This document shows positions 1 to 8,200 of a DNA stretch of 64,000 nucleotides, one piece after another. The DNA comes from Deltaproteobacteria bacterium. Lineage in GTDB: Bacteria; Myxococcota_A; Polyangia; Polyangiales; Houyiibacteriaceae. The translations under genes were made by a program, and so were the position numbers. The stretch covers positions 96,850 through 160,849 of the forward strand of contig JAXMNT010000011.1 in assembly GCA_034670305.1 (NCBI GenBank), read 5' to 3'. Positions within the stretch are counted from its first letter, which is position 1; every line of letters starts with the position of its first letter. Below the pieces are notes generated by a model. The model had not been told where the DNA came from. It did no database searches and saw only the letters and a program-made list of their open reading frames with translations.

Positions 1-1
1 C

Positions 2-184
2 GCGCTGCTGGTGCTCACCTCGGGATGCCCGCGCGACGTGAACGAACCCGAGCCACCGCCTGCTGCGCCCTGCACGACCAACGCGGAGTGCACGCCTGAA
101 GGCGCCGAGTGCGGCCTGGTCTTCGTCTGCATCGACGGACTCTGCGAGACCACGCCGAGCCGCCGCGTCCCCTGCGAACGGTAA
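2..184 (+). CDS. 3' part of a small Cys-rich lipoprotein (5' end outside the window)
   Basis: Frame 2 reads ALLVLTSGC-PRDVNEPEPPPAAPCTTNAEC...CGLVFVCIDGLC...VPCER* (TAA 182-184); lipobox-like TSGC and GC-rich third positions. Not in the ORF track because the start is missing. Confidence 0.65.
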   Translation, partial: ALLVLTSGCPRDVNEPEPPPAAPCTTNAECTPEGAECGLVFVCIDGLCETTPSRRVPCER

Positions 185-189
185 GGGCG

Positions 190-1176
190 CTAGCCTTCGC
201 CTTCGCCGTCGGCTTCTTCGTCTTCTTCTTCGTCTTCGTCGGGTTCTGGATCGCGTTCGCCCGGGTCCACCGTTTCTCGCTCGGCGCGGTCTCGCACGTA
301 GCGGGCGGTTTCACCGGGACCGGAGCGGTCGACCCAGTACGCCTTTCGATCGCGCACATCCACGTGCACGAAGGTGCTGTTCGGGTAGTAGCCGACGCCC
401 ACCTGCGCGAGCGTCCGCAGGTAGTTGCGCAGGATCCGGTTCGAGACGCCCTGGACTCGGATGTCCGCGGCGCTTCCGCTGGTGTGGCGGCTCTCGCCAC
501 CCGAGGACTCAGACCCCGGACGGTAGCCACTGAGGATGTTCAGGGTGCGGCCCCCAAAGTGGTCCGAGACCTGGACCAGCACCCGCAGCAGCCGCGCGCT
601 CAGTTCGTGTTCGCGGTTGGTCTGGTGATGGCGGAACAGGTGCGAGAGCCGGCGGCGCGCCGCCCGGCGCGGTCGGCCACGTGAATCGAGCACCCGGATT
701 CGGATGCGTTCGCGCTTCGAGACCCGGAAGAAGCTCACGACCCCACGGTTGCGGGGCGAGCCCCACCGCTCCTCGGCCTCGGCCCGTACTTCGAGGTTGT
801 CGCTCCCGGGCAGCACCAGCCGCTGCCCGAGACGCACCTGCGCGGTGACGGAGATGTCGTTCGCACGGGCCAGCTCTCGCACGTTCACACCGCGCCGGCG
901 CGCGATGCGGCTCAGCGTCTCGCCGCGCGCGACGTAGTGCACCCCACGCTCTGGAATCACCAACCGGCTTCCGAGCTGGAGCTCGTCGGTCACCCGCAGT
1001 CCATTGGCAGCGGCCAAGTCGTGCACCCGCACGCCGTATCGGCGGGCCACCCGGCTGAGGCTGTGCCCCTGCCTCACCACGTGCTCCCGTTGGGCCTCCG
1101 CGACGCTGGGAGAGACCAGCTCTCCAAGGAAGAGGAGTGCGCAGAGCGAGAAAACGAACTCAATCCGACCGAACAT
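190..1176 (-). CDS. LysM-domain protein with C-terminal YcbK/DUF882 (peptidase M15-type) domain
   Basis: Signal peptide, two LysM repeats (HVVRQGHSLSRVARRYGV, HYVARGETLSRIARRRGV), SGYR, HxxxxxxD (RHTSGSAAD) and FVHVD Zn motifs, acidic tail. ATG at 1176 preferred over 1389. Confidence 0.85.
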   Translation of the reverse strand: MFGRIEFVFSLCALLFLGELVSPSVAEAQREHVVRQGHSLSRVARRYGVRVHDLAAANGLRVTDELQLGSRLVIPERGVHYVARGETLSRIARRRGVNVRELARANDISVTAQVRLGQRLVLPGSDNLEVRAEAEERWGSPRNRGVVSFFRVSKRERIRIRVLDSRGRPRRAARRRLSHLFRHHQTNREHELSARLLRVLVQVSDHFGGRTLNILSGYRPGSESSGGESRHTSGSAADIRVQGVSNRILRNYLRTLAQVGVGYYPNSTFVHVDVRDRKAYWVDRSGPGETARYVRDRAERETVDPGERDPEPDEDEEEDEEADGEGEG

Positions 1177-1492
1177 GACGGGATGGCGTGTCACGAATGG
1201 TGCCCCGTTCGCAACCCCTCGGCCCCCGGTTCCTGAGGGCTCTTCAGAAAGTCCTGTGAAATCAAGAGGTTGCGAGAGGTGTCTCGAAGAGGGCAGCGCA
1301 AAACGCCTGCGTGGATCCCTCTTCCCCTCTTTTTTGCCCTGCTGGGACAGGGGTGCGACCCTTGCGTTGGTTAGGTCGTTCGTTGACAACCGAGAGTTTG
1401 CGTCAGGGCTGCCTCCTAGGGCAGCTCGGAGGGTCGGATCCGTGGATCCGTCACTCCACGAAAAGATCGTGTGAAATACCTATAATTTACAT

Positions 1493-1551
1493 CTAATTGT
1501 AGTGCCAATTAGCGAGAATTGCTTGACGATCCAGGGTTCCCACCATACCGT
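1493..1551 (+). promoter_or_regulatory. Palindromic operator CTAATTG-N6-CAATTAG (1493-1512) plus sigma70-like promoter TTGACG-N17-TACCGT (1523-1551)
   Basis: Perfect 7-bp inverted repeat in an AT-rich island, 10 bp upstream of a -35/-10 pair with 17-bp spacing, ahead of the HTH-pilM operon. Confidence 0.55.
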
Positions 1552-1587
1552 TTGGGAGCGTCTCGACCCCGAGATCGAAGCCCCCAA

Positions 1588-2016
1588 ATGAACAACCCAG
1601 AGACGGCACCGGAGGCCATTCCGGCCCACGACGAGGCCGCCCAAGAAGTGGCGGCAGATCAGGGTATGGAAGGCAGCCGAACCCTCGAAGTCGAAGACTT
1701 CGAGACCACCGACCCGGGTGACCGGGGAGGGGACGTCGCGTCCGAATCCGAACCGGATCGGCCCGCAGCGGCTGCACCCAAGCCGAAGACGAAGCCAAAG
1801 GCAGCAGCCAAGCTGAAGCCGAACAACGTGAAGAAACTCCGCATCGAGCGGATGATGTCCAAAGCGGAGCTGGCCCGACGCGCAAACCTCTCGGTTCTGA
1901 CGATCGATCGTGTTGAAAAGGGTTTCGGCTCGCGGATGAATACCAAACGCAAGATTCTCGAAGCCCTAGGTCTCAGCCTCGCAGATCGCGTGAAAGTGTT
2001 TGGCGAGGAGGAGTGA
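1588..2016 (+). CDS. Xre/Cro-family helix-turn-helix protein with acidic, low-complexity N-terminal extension
   Basis: NNVKKLRIERMMSKAELARRANLSVLTIDRVEKG is a typical HTH_3 pattern; ends 9 nt before pilM. Confidence 0.85.
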   Translation: MNNPETAPEAIPAHDEAAQEVAADQGMEGSRTLEVEDFETTDPGDRGGDVASESEPDRPAAAAPKPKTKPKAAAKLKPNNVKKLRIERMMSKAELARRANLSVLTIDRVEKGFGSRMNTKRKILEALGLSLADRVKVFGEEE

Positions 2017-2025
2017 TGCGGCTCG

Positions 2026-3078
2026 ATGGCTTCCGAAGGCAAGAACTTGATTGGGGTCGACATTGGTTCGACCTCCATCAAAGTTTGTGAGATCAAGGAG
2101 AGCCGCGGAACGCGGAAGTTGGTGCGTTTTGCGTACCACCCGCTCCCTGCGGAGACCATCGTCGATGGTCACGTGATCAACTCCGGTGCGGTTGTGGAAG
2201 GGCTTGAAATGCTCTTCCACAAGCAGCGCCGAAGAAACGTCGCGCTCCGGGCGAGTGGGCACAGTGTGATCATCAAGAAGATCGCCATGCCCCTCATGAC
2301 CTCCGCCGAGCTGGCGGAGCAGATCACGTGGGAGGCGGAGCAGCACATTCCCTTCGACCTCTCCGAGGTGCACATCGACCACCAAGTCCTGCACCGCCGC
2401 GAGGCCGAGGGACAGATGGACGTGCTCTTGGTGGCCGCCAAACAGGAAGAGATTGCAGACCTCACCAACCTGGCGCGCGAGGCCCGGCTCAAGCCGATGG
2501 TCGTCGACCTGGATGCGTTCTCTGTGCAGAACGTCTTCGAGACCGGGTACGGCACCCCCGCGCCCCACGAGACCGTGGTCCTCATCCATGTGGGTGCGTC
2601 GCTCACGACCGTGAACATCCTCGCGGGTGGCACGACGGCTTTCACCCGGGACATCGCCAACGGCGGCAACGCGATCACCGAAGACATCCAGCGTCAGCTG
2701 AGCATCAGTCGGGACGAAGCCGAAGCGTACAAGTGCGGTGGAGACGGGCGCGGCATCGTGCCTCGCGAGGTGCCCGAGATCATCACGCAGGTCGTCGAGC
2801 AGCTCGCGGGAGAGATTCAGCGCTCGCTCGACTTCTACCTGGCGACGAGCGGCGACCGCGACTTGAGCCGAATCTTCGTGTCGGGCGGAACCGCCAACGT
2901 GCGTGCGCTGCTCGACGCGATTCATGAGCGGGCCCGCGTGCCCGTCGAGGTGCTCGACCCCCTGAAGGTGGCGCCTCCCGACTCGAAGGTGGACCCGATG
3001 GTGTTGCAGGGAAGGACCGCACAGGCCGTCGTCGCGACGGGCCTCGCGCTGCGCAAAGAGCGGGAGCGGAGAAGCTGA
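2026..3078 (+). CDS. pilM: Type IV pilus assembly protein PilM
   Basis: IGVDIGSTSIK actin-like motif, EAEQHIPF, EIQRSLDFY, VSGGTA; heads a pilMNOP cluster. Confidence 0.95.
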   Translation: MASEGKNLIGVDIGSTSIKVCEIKESRGTRKLVRFAYHPLPAETIVDGHVINSGAVVEGLEMLFHKQRRRNVALRASGHSVIIKKIAMPLMTSAELAEQITWEAEQHIPFDLSEVHIDHQVLHRREAEGQMDVLLVAAKQEEIADLTNLAREARLKPMVVDLDAFSVQNVFETGYGTPAPHETVVLIHVGASLTTVNILAGGTTAFTRDIANGGNAITEDIQRQLSISRDEAEAYKCGGDGRGIVPREVPEIITQVVEQLAGEIQRSLDFYLATSGDRDLSRIFVSGGTANVRALLDAIHERARVPVEVLDPLKVAPPDSKVDPMVLQGRTAQAVVATGLALRKERERRS

Positions 3079-3764
3079 TGATTCGCATCAACCTATTGCC
3101 GCAGACCAAACGTGCGGCTCGATCGGCTGGCGGCGGTGGCGGCTCTGGCGGCAGTCAGCTCTGGGGCGGCATCTACCTCGTCGCGCTCGTGGTGTGGCTG
3201 GCCGTTCTCGCGGTCATCTACTTCAGCTTCGACGGCGAGCTGGAGGAGAAGCTGAAGAACAACCGCGACCTGCAAGCGCAGATCACGGAGCTGACCGCAC
3301 GCAGCGAACGCCTCGACGATGTGCGCGCCGAACTCGAGTCGAGCCGCGCCCTTGAAGAGGTCGTCAACGAGCTCAACGCAGCACGCACCGGTCCGACCCG
3401 CGCGCTGATGGAGCTCTCCAAGATTCTCTCCGCGTGTCCGGCCGACCGAACCGGCTGTGACGACGTGGGACCGACCATCGATCCTCAGGCGCTCGAAGAC
3501 CTTCGACGCGACAACCCCCACGCCGGCTTCAACCGCATCTGGGATGTGCGCCGACTCTGGGTGACGAACTTCGAAGAAGAAGCCCGCGAGTGTTCGATGG
3601 AGGGCATCGGCCGCACCAACGAGGACGTCGCGGAGTTCCTGCGCCGCCTCGCGCTGTCCGAGCTCTTCGACCAGGTCACGCTCACGCGCACCTCGTCGGA
3701 ACGGGACACCGAACTCAACCTCGAGCTCATCAAGTTCGAGCTGACCTGCCAGGTGATCTACTGA
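3078..3764 (+). CDS. pilN: Type IV pilus assembly protein PilN
   Basis: MIRINLLP N-terminus, one TM, coiled coil; TGATG coupling with pilM. Confidence 0.93.
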   Translation: MIRINLLPQTKRAARSAGGGGGSGGSQLWGGIYLVALVVWLAVLAVIYFSFDGELEEKLKNNRDLQAQITELTARSERLDDVRAELESSRALEEVVNELNAARTGPTRALMELSKILSACPADRTGCDDVGPTIDPQALEDLRRDNPHAGFNRIWDVRRLWVTNFEEEARECSMEGIGRTNEDVAEFLRRLALSELFDQVTLTRTSSERDTELNLELIKFELTCQVIY

Positions 3765-4402
3765 TGGCCAAGTCGAACAGCTCCTCCTTCGAGAACCTCT
3801 CGCTCGGCGGCCGGATCCTCATCCTCGTCGTCATCCTCGGGTTCGCCGGCGCGATCTACTACTTCGCGTTTCACATGAGTCTGGCGGAAGACATCGAGAC
3901 CGCCGAACAGCGGTACGCCACGCTCCAGAACGACCTGGTCGCCGCCGAGCAGCGGCAGCAGGACTACCTGCGACTCACGCAGGAACTGGCGAGTCGCGAA
4001 CCGATCGACCGCGCCAACAAGCGGGTGCTGCCCGAGGACGCGGAGATCCCGGCGTTTCTCCAGGACCTGAACCGTCAGGCGGAATTGAGCGGGCTCGAGA
4101 TCGAACTGGTGGAACCGCGTCCTGAAGAGACCGAGCAACTCTACGTTCGCATCCCGGTCGCGCTCCGGGTCTCCGGCAAGTTCCACCAGGTCACGAAGTT
4201 CTTCTACAACATCAGCGGTCTGCCGCGCGCCATCAACATGGCGAACATCTCGCTCTCCGATCCCCAGATCACAGAGGCGGACGAGGTGGTGCTTCAGGTC
4301 GATGCGCTGGCGACCACGTTCCGCAGACCGGCGGAGACCCCGGCGGGTGCCGCTCCGGCGGCGGCCACACCCGGCGCTCCGGCGGCAGGGGGTGCCCGAT
4401 GA
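3764..4402 (+). CDS. pilO: Type IV pilus assembly protein PilO
   Basis: TM + coiled coil, LP...EIPAFL, SGL, GKFHQV..FF..I..LPR; ATG 3764 overlaps the pilN stop. Confidence 0.93.
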   Translation: MAKSNSSSFENLSLGGRILILVVILGFAGAIYYFAFHMSLAEDIETAEQRYATLQNDLVAAEQRQQDYLRLTQELASREPIDRANKRVLPEDAEIPAFLQDLNRQAELSGLEIELVEPRPEETEQLYVRIPVALRVSGKFHQVTKFFYNISGLPRAINMANISLSDPQITEADEVVLQVDALATTFRRPAETPAGAAPAAATPGAPAAGGAR

Positions 4403-5118
4403 ACCGCGCGATGCAGACCTTGATGTGCGCGGCCGTCCTGATGGGACTGGTCGGCTGTGGCGACCCGGTCGTGGTGGGCGAAAACCCCGCCCCGACCCCG
4501 TCGCCGACTCCGACCGCGCCGACCCCCGCCCCCGAGCCGGTGGTGCTGGAAGTCGATGCCGGCGTCGAAGACGCAGGCCTCGCGTACCAGGACGACGACT
4601 TCGTCGAGCTGGACGTCGAGCACCGCGACCCGTTCCGCAGTTTCGCAGCCAGCTTCCGTCAGGTGGCCACCGGCCGCGACGTGGAGACGGTGCACAGCAT
4701 CATGTCCACCAGCACGATCGACGAGATGCGCCTCATCGCGATCATCAGTGGCGTCGTGCGTCCGCGCGCCATGCTGCTCGACGGCGAAGGCGTCGGACAC
4801 ACCGTCGAACGTGGCGACTACATCGGTCGACCCGAAGTGATTCAAGTGGGCGGCGCCGACAGCATGCCGGTCCCCCTCCACTGGCGCGTCGCCCGCATCC
4901 GCTCCGGCGAGGTCGTCCTCACCCGCGACGATCCGACCGCCCCCGACCGCCCGCCCTTGACCCGCGTCCTCCCGCTCTACGAAGAGGGCGAAGACCCAGT
5001 CGAGATGCGCCGCCGCGCCCTCGAACGCGAACGCGAACGCCTCGAAGCCTCCGGCGAGGGCGCCTCCGCCAGACCCCCACCCGGCGCCCCGCCCCAGACG
5101 ACGCAACAAACGCTCTAG
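4399..5118 (+). CDS. pilP: Type IV pilus lipoprotein PilP
   Basis: Lipobox LVGC, RDPF motif, 'LIAII...AML.D..G.GH.V..GDYIG' beta domain; position after pilO. Confidence 0.9.
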   Translation: MNRAMQTLMCAAVLMGLVGCGDPVVVGENPAPTPSPTPTAPTPAPEPVVLEVDAGVEDAGLAYQDDDFVELDVEHRDPFRSFAASFRQVATGRDVETVHSIMSTSTIDEMRLIAIISGVVRPRAMLLDGEGVGHTVERGDYIGRPEVIQVGGADSMPVPLHWRVARIRSGEVVLTRDDPTAPDRPPLTRVLPLYEEGEDPVEMRRRALERERERLEASGEGASARPPPGAPPQTTQQTL

Positions 5119-5142
5119 CAGCGAGAGACAGCAAGAGAGCCA

Positions 5143-5183
5143 GAGAGAGCCGCGCGCCCAAACGAAGGCGACGCGGCTTTCTC
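5143..5183 (+). terminator. Terminator-like hairpin after pilP
   Basis: GAGAGAGCCGCG-CGCC / GGCG-A-CGCGGCTTTCTC stem; weak U-tract. Confidence 0.45.
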
Positions 5184-5210
5184 GCGTCTGGTCGGCATCG
5201 GAGCGGCGGA

Positions 5211-5365
5211 TTCGGGTCGGCTTCGGCTTCGGCTTCGGCTTCGGATTCGGATTCGGCTTCGGCTTCGGCTTCGGGTTCGGCTTCGGATTCGGCTTCGGGA
5301 TCGGCTTCGGCTTCGGGATCGGCTTCGGCTTCGGATTCGGCTTCGGCTTCGGCTTCGGCTTCGGC
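5211..5365 (+). repeat. Hexamer tandem tract (TTCGGC/TTCGGA/ATCGGC variants), about 25 units
   Basis: Directly visible cttcggcttcgg... array between pilP and pilQ. Confidence 0.95.
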
Positions 5366-5599
5366 AGCTACAGAGACAGAGACAGAGACAGCAGCAGCGA
5401 CAGCAGCAGAGACAGCAGCAGCGACAGCAGCAGCGACAGCAGCAGCGACAGCAGCAGCGACAGCAGCAGCGACAGCAGCAGCGACAGCAGCAGGGACAGC
5501 AGCAGAGACAGCAGCAGAGACAGCAGCAGCGACAGCAGAGACAGCAGCAGAGACAGCAGCAGAGACAGCAGCAGAGACAGCAGCAGAGACAGCAGCAGC
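5366..5599 (+). repeat. GAGACA hexamers followed by 12-mer tandem tract GACAGCAGCAG(C/A), about 17 units
   Basis: Directly visible and abutting the hexamer tract. Confidence 0.95.
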
Positions 5600-5764
5600 T
5601 CGCCCTCGGATCACGCGGTTCGCGCACCGAACCAACACCGCTCTGCACCGCACCCGCGCTCCGATCGTCGGGCTTTCCCGCCGACCGCGCTTCCAGACAC
5701 GCCACTTTTTTGATCCCGCGGAGCACTGCACGGGACAATCCGAAATGAGCCGTCTTCCAAGGAG

Positions 5765-7969
5765 ATGAGAATGCGTCGCAACGTTGCGCTGGCAGCCCTT
5801 ACCGGTCTGCTGGGAATTTCGAACATCGCTAGTGCGGATCCCCCCGTCATCGAATCCATCGAGGTCCGAGGGGAAGGGGAACGCGTCGAAGTCGCGGTGC
5901 GGGGACAATTCGAGATCCCGACCTACGCGGTGCGCACCCGCGACGACGGCCGCACGGTGGTGCTCGACGTCGCCGACGCACGTCTGCCAGACGACGGGCT
6001 CGAGCAGACGGGCTCGTCTCTCCTCGTCGAAGGCGTCGTCGGTCAGACGACGGCGCGCGGCGTGCGGATCGAACTGCGCTTGCGGCAGCCGGTGCGCTAC
6101 CGCGCCCGATCGCGCAGCGACCGGATCTTCGTTCAACTCGACCGCATGACCCAGCGGGACGGCGCACCCTCGGACGCAGCGGGAGAAGGCACGGCTCAGT
6201 CGGCTCCGGATGCACCCGAAGAAGCGTCGGCCACCACCGTTCGCGACGTGGTCATCGAACGACGCGATGGACGCGAGCGGGTGGTCATCGAACTCGACCG
6301 CCCGGCGCGTTTCCGCCTCGACCGCGACGCGACCGGTCCCGCCCGTCTCCACATTCGCGACGCCCGCTTGGGCTCGCAGCTTCAGCGGCAGCGACGGGGT
6401 CTTCCTCAGTCGCTCGTTCGTCGAGTGAACGTGCGCTACGCCAACGGCGCCGCGACGATCGAAGTCGACCGCGCCGAAGGCGCCACGGGCACCGCGATCC
6501 GCAGCGGCAACCGCATCGTATGGATGTTCGACGCACCGGAAGGCGCCACGCGCCCCCGTTCGCGAACGGTTGCCCGTGAACGCGACTACGCCGCGGAGAC
6601 GCCCGAGGTCGCCGCGTTCCTCAGCGACGTACCCCTGCAGGTGCGCGGTGCGCGGACGGGCCGCCGGTTCTCCGGCCGCCGCATCGACCTCGACTTCAAG
6701 GACGCGGACATTCACAACATCCTTCGGCTCCTCGCCGAGGTCGGTGGCGTGAACATCGTCACCGCCGACGACGTGCAGGGCTCGGTCACCATCCGCATGC
6801 GCAACGTGCCGTGGGACCAAGCGCTGGACGTCATCCTTCAGGCCAAGGGGCTCGGCATGGTCCGCCGCGGCAACCTCATTCGAGTCGCGCCCCTCTCGAC
6901 GCTGGAACAAGAGCGCGAGGCCGCCATCGCGCGGCGCAAGCAGCAGGAGCAGCTCGCGCCGCTCGAGACCCGCATCATCCCGGTCAGCTACGCGTACATC
7001 GCGAAGCTTCAGCCCCGGGTCGCGGAACTTCTCAGCGAACGCGGCAACGTGAGCATCGACGAGCGCACCAGCGTGCTCATCGTTCGGGACATCGTCGACT
7101 CGCTCGACGACGTCGAAGAGCTCGTGCGCACGCTCGACACCCAGACGCCGCAGGTGCTCATCGAAGCACGCATCGTGGAGGCGACCAGCCAGTACTCGCG
7201 CGATGTCGGCATCCAGTGGGGTGGCGACGTCACGGCCAGCAGCGCCAACGGCAACCCGACCGGACTCGTCTTCCCGAGCAACATCGGCGTCGTCGGTGGC
7301 AACGCGGATCCCCAGACACCGACCGGCGGTCTCTCTCCGTTCCAGTCGCAGGTCACGAACCCGAACTTCGCCGTCAACCTGCCCGCCATCACCGGCGCCG
7401 GACAGGGTGGTGCGCTCGGTCTCACGCTCGGCAGCGTCGGCGGCAACGTCAACCTCAACGTGCGTCTGTCGGCGGCGGAAGCGAACGGCACCGTCCGCAT
7501 CATCAGCAGCCCGCGCATCTTGACGCTGCACAACCACGAAGCGCACATCGCTCAGGGCACGCTGATTCCGTTCTCCCAGGTCAGCGCGCAGGGCGTCAAC
7601 ACGGCCTTCCAGGAGGCGAAACTCGAACTTCGTGTCACGCCTCGTGTGACGGCGGACGGCGCGGTGTTGATGGAAGTGCACATCACGCGCGACGAGCCGG
7701 ACTTCACGCGGACCTCGGTTCGTGGTGACCCGACGATCCTCAAGCGGGAAGCCGAGACGACCTTGCTCGTCCCGGACAGCAACACAGCGGTCATCGGCGG
7801 CATCTACACCCGGAACACCGGTCGGAACATCGACCAGATCCCGTTCTTCGGAGACATCCCCGTGCTCGGCGTCTTGTTCCAGCGCCGCCGGGTGCGCGAC
7901 GAACGCAACGAGCTTCTGATCTTCTTGACCCCGCGCATCGTCAACCGCGCCGAAGCGCTGCCCGAGTAA
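5765..7969 (+). CDS. pilQ: Type IV pilus secretin PilQ
   Basis: GGAG RBS, signal peptide, AMIN-like domains, GRRIDLDFKDADI N0, VPWDQALD, QVLIEARIVE, secretin C-terminus (IPFFGDIPVLGVLF, ELLIFLTPRI). Confidence 0.96.
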   Translation: MRMRRNVALAALTGLLGISNIASADPPVIESIEVRGEGERVEVAVRGQFEIPTYAVRTRDDGRTVVLDVADARLPDDGLEQTGSSLLVEGVVGQTTARGVRIELRLRQPVRYRARSRSDRIFVQLDRMTQRDGAPSDAAGEGTAQSAPDAPEEASATTVRDVVIERRDGRERVVIELDRPARFRLDRDATGPARLHIRDARLGSQLQRQRRGLPQSLVRRVNVRYANGAATIEVDRAEGATGTAIRSGNRIVWMFDAPEGATRPRSRTVARERDYAAETPEVAAFLSDVPLQVRGARTGRRFSGRRIDLDFKDADIHNILRLLAEVGGVNIVTADDVQGSVTIRMRNVPWDQALDVILQAKGLGMVRRGNLIRVAPLSTLEQEREAAIARRKQQEQLAPLETRIIPVSYAYIAKLQPRVAELLSERGNVSIDERTSVLIVRDIVDSLDDVEELVRTLDTQTPQVLIEARIVEATSQYSRDVGIQWGGDVTASSANGNPTGLVFPSNIGVVGGNADPQTPTGGLSPFQSQVTNPNFAVNLPAITGAGQGGALGLTLGSVGGNVNLNVRLSAAEANGTVRIISSPRILTLHNHEAHIAQGTLIPFSQVSAQGVNTAFQEAKLELRVTPRVTADGAVLMEVHITRDEPDFTRTSVRGDPTILKREAETTLLVPDSNTAVIGGIYTRNTGRNIDQIPFFGDIPVLGVLFQRRRVRDERNELLIFLTPRIVNRAEALPE

Positions 7970-7987
7970 GAACACATAGCGACGAAG

Positions 7988-8021
7988 AAGAGGGCCGGTC
8001 CGCAAGGGCTGGCCCTTTTTC
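7988..8021 (+). terminator. Intrinsic terminator after pilQ
   Basis: AGGGCCGGTCC-GCAA-GGGCTGGCCCT followed by a T run. Confidence 0.85.
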
Positions 8022-8200
8022 TTGGTCTCGGCGCTGCTGAGCGCCGAAGACCGCCAAGGTAGAGCCTTGGCGCGAAGCGAAGTTGGGGAGGAGGCCCGTG
8101 GGGCTTTGTCCCGCCGGCCGCAAAGGGATGCGCCATCCCCGACACAACGGAGTCCTGCGATCGGCTGCCGCACCGGGCTGGGATCGGGTAGACCTCAGTC

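Noticed and set aside
5366-5599. Possible CRISPR array
   Set aside because: Head-to-tail short units with no unique spacers; no cas genes recognised in the window.
4302-5768. ORFs through the repeat tracts giving poly-SA, AE/AD, RS, PKPM or CCCR peptides (also 10553-10885, 29927-30551, 50134-50821, 54288-55265, 56296-56872, 57124-57655)
   Set aside because: Stop-free by-products of 6- and 12-nt periodicity; they overlap real genes in wrong frames, lack RBS/start context, and tract phase shifts (e.g. near 10741) would break them.
4919-8173. Long antisense or alternate-frame ORFs (e.g. 4919-8173, 10789-12981, 19855-21774, 27453-29561, 51634-52683, 60129-62102)
   Set aside because: Shadow ORFs typical of high-GC DNA, opposite or overlapping well-supported genes and without motifs.
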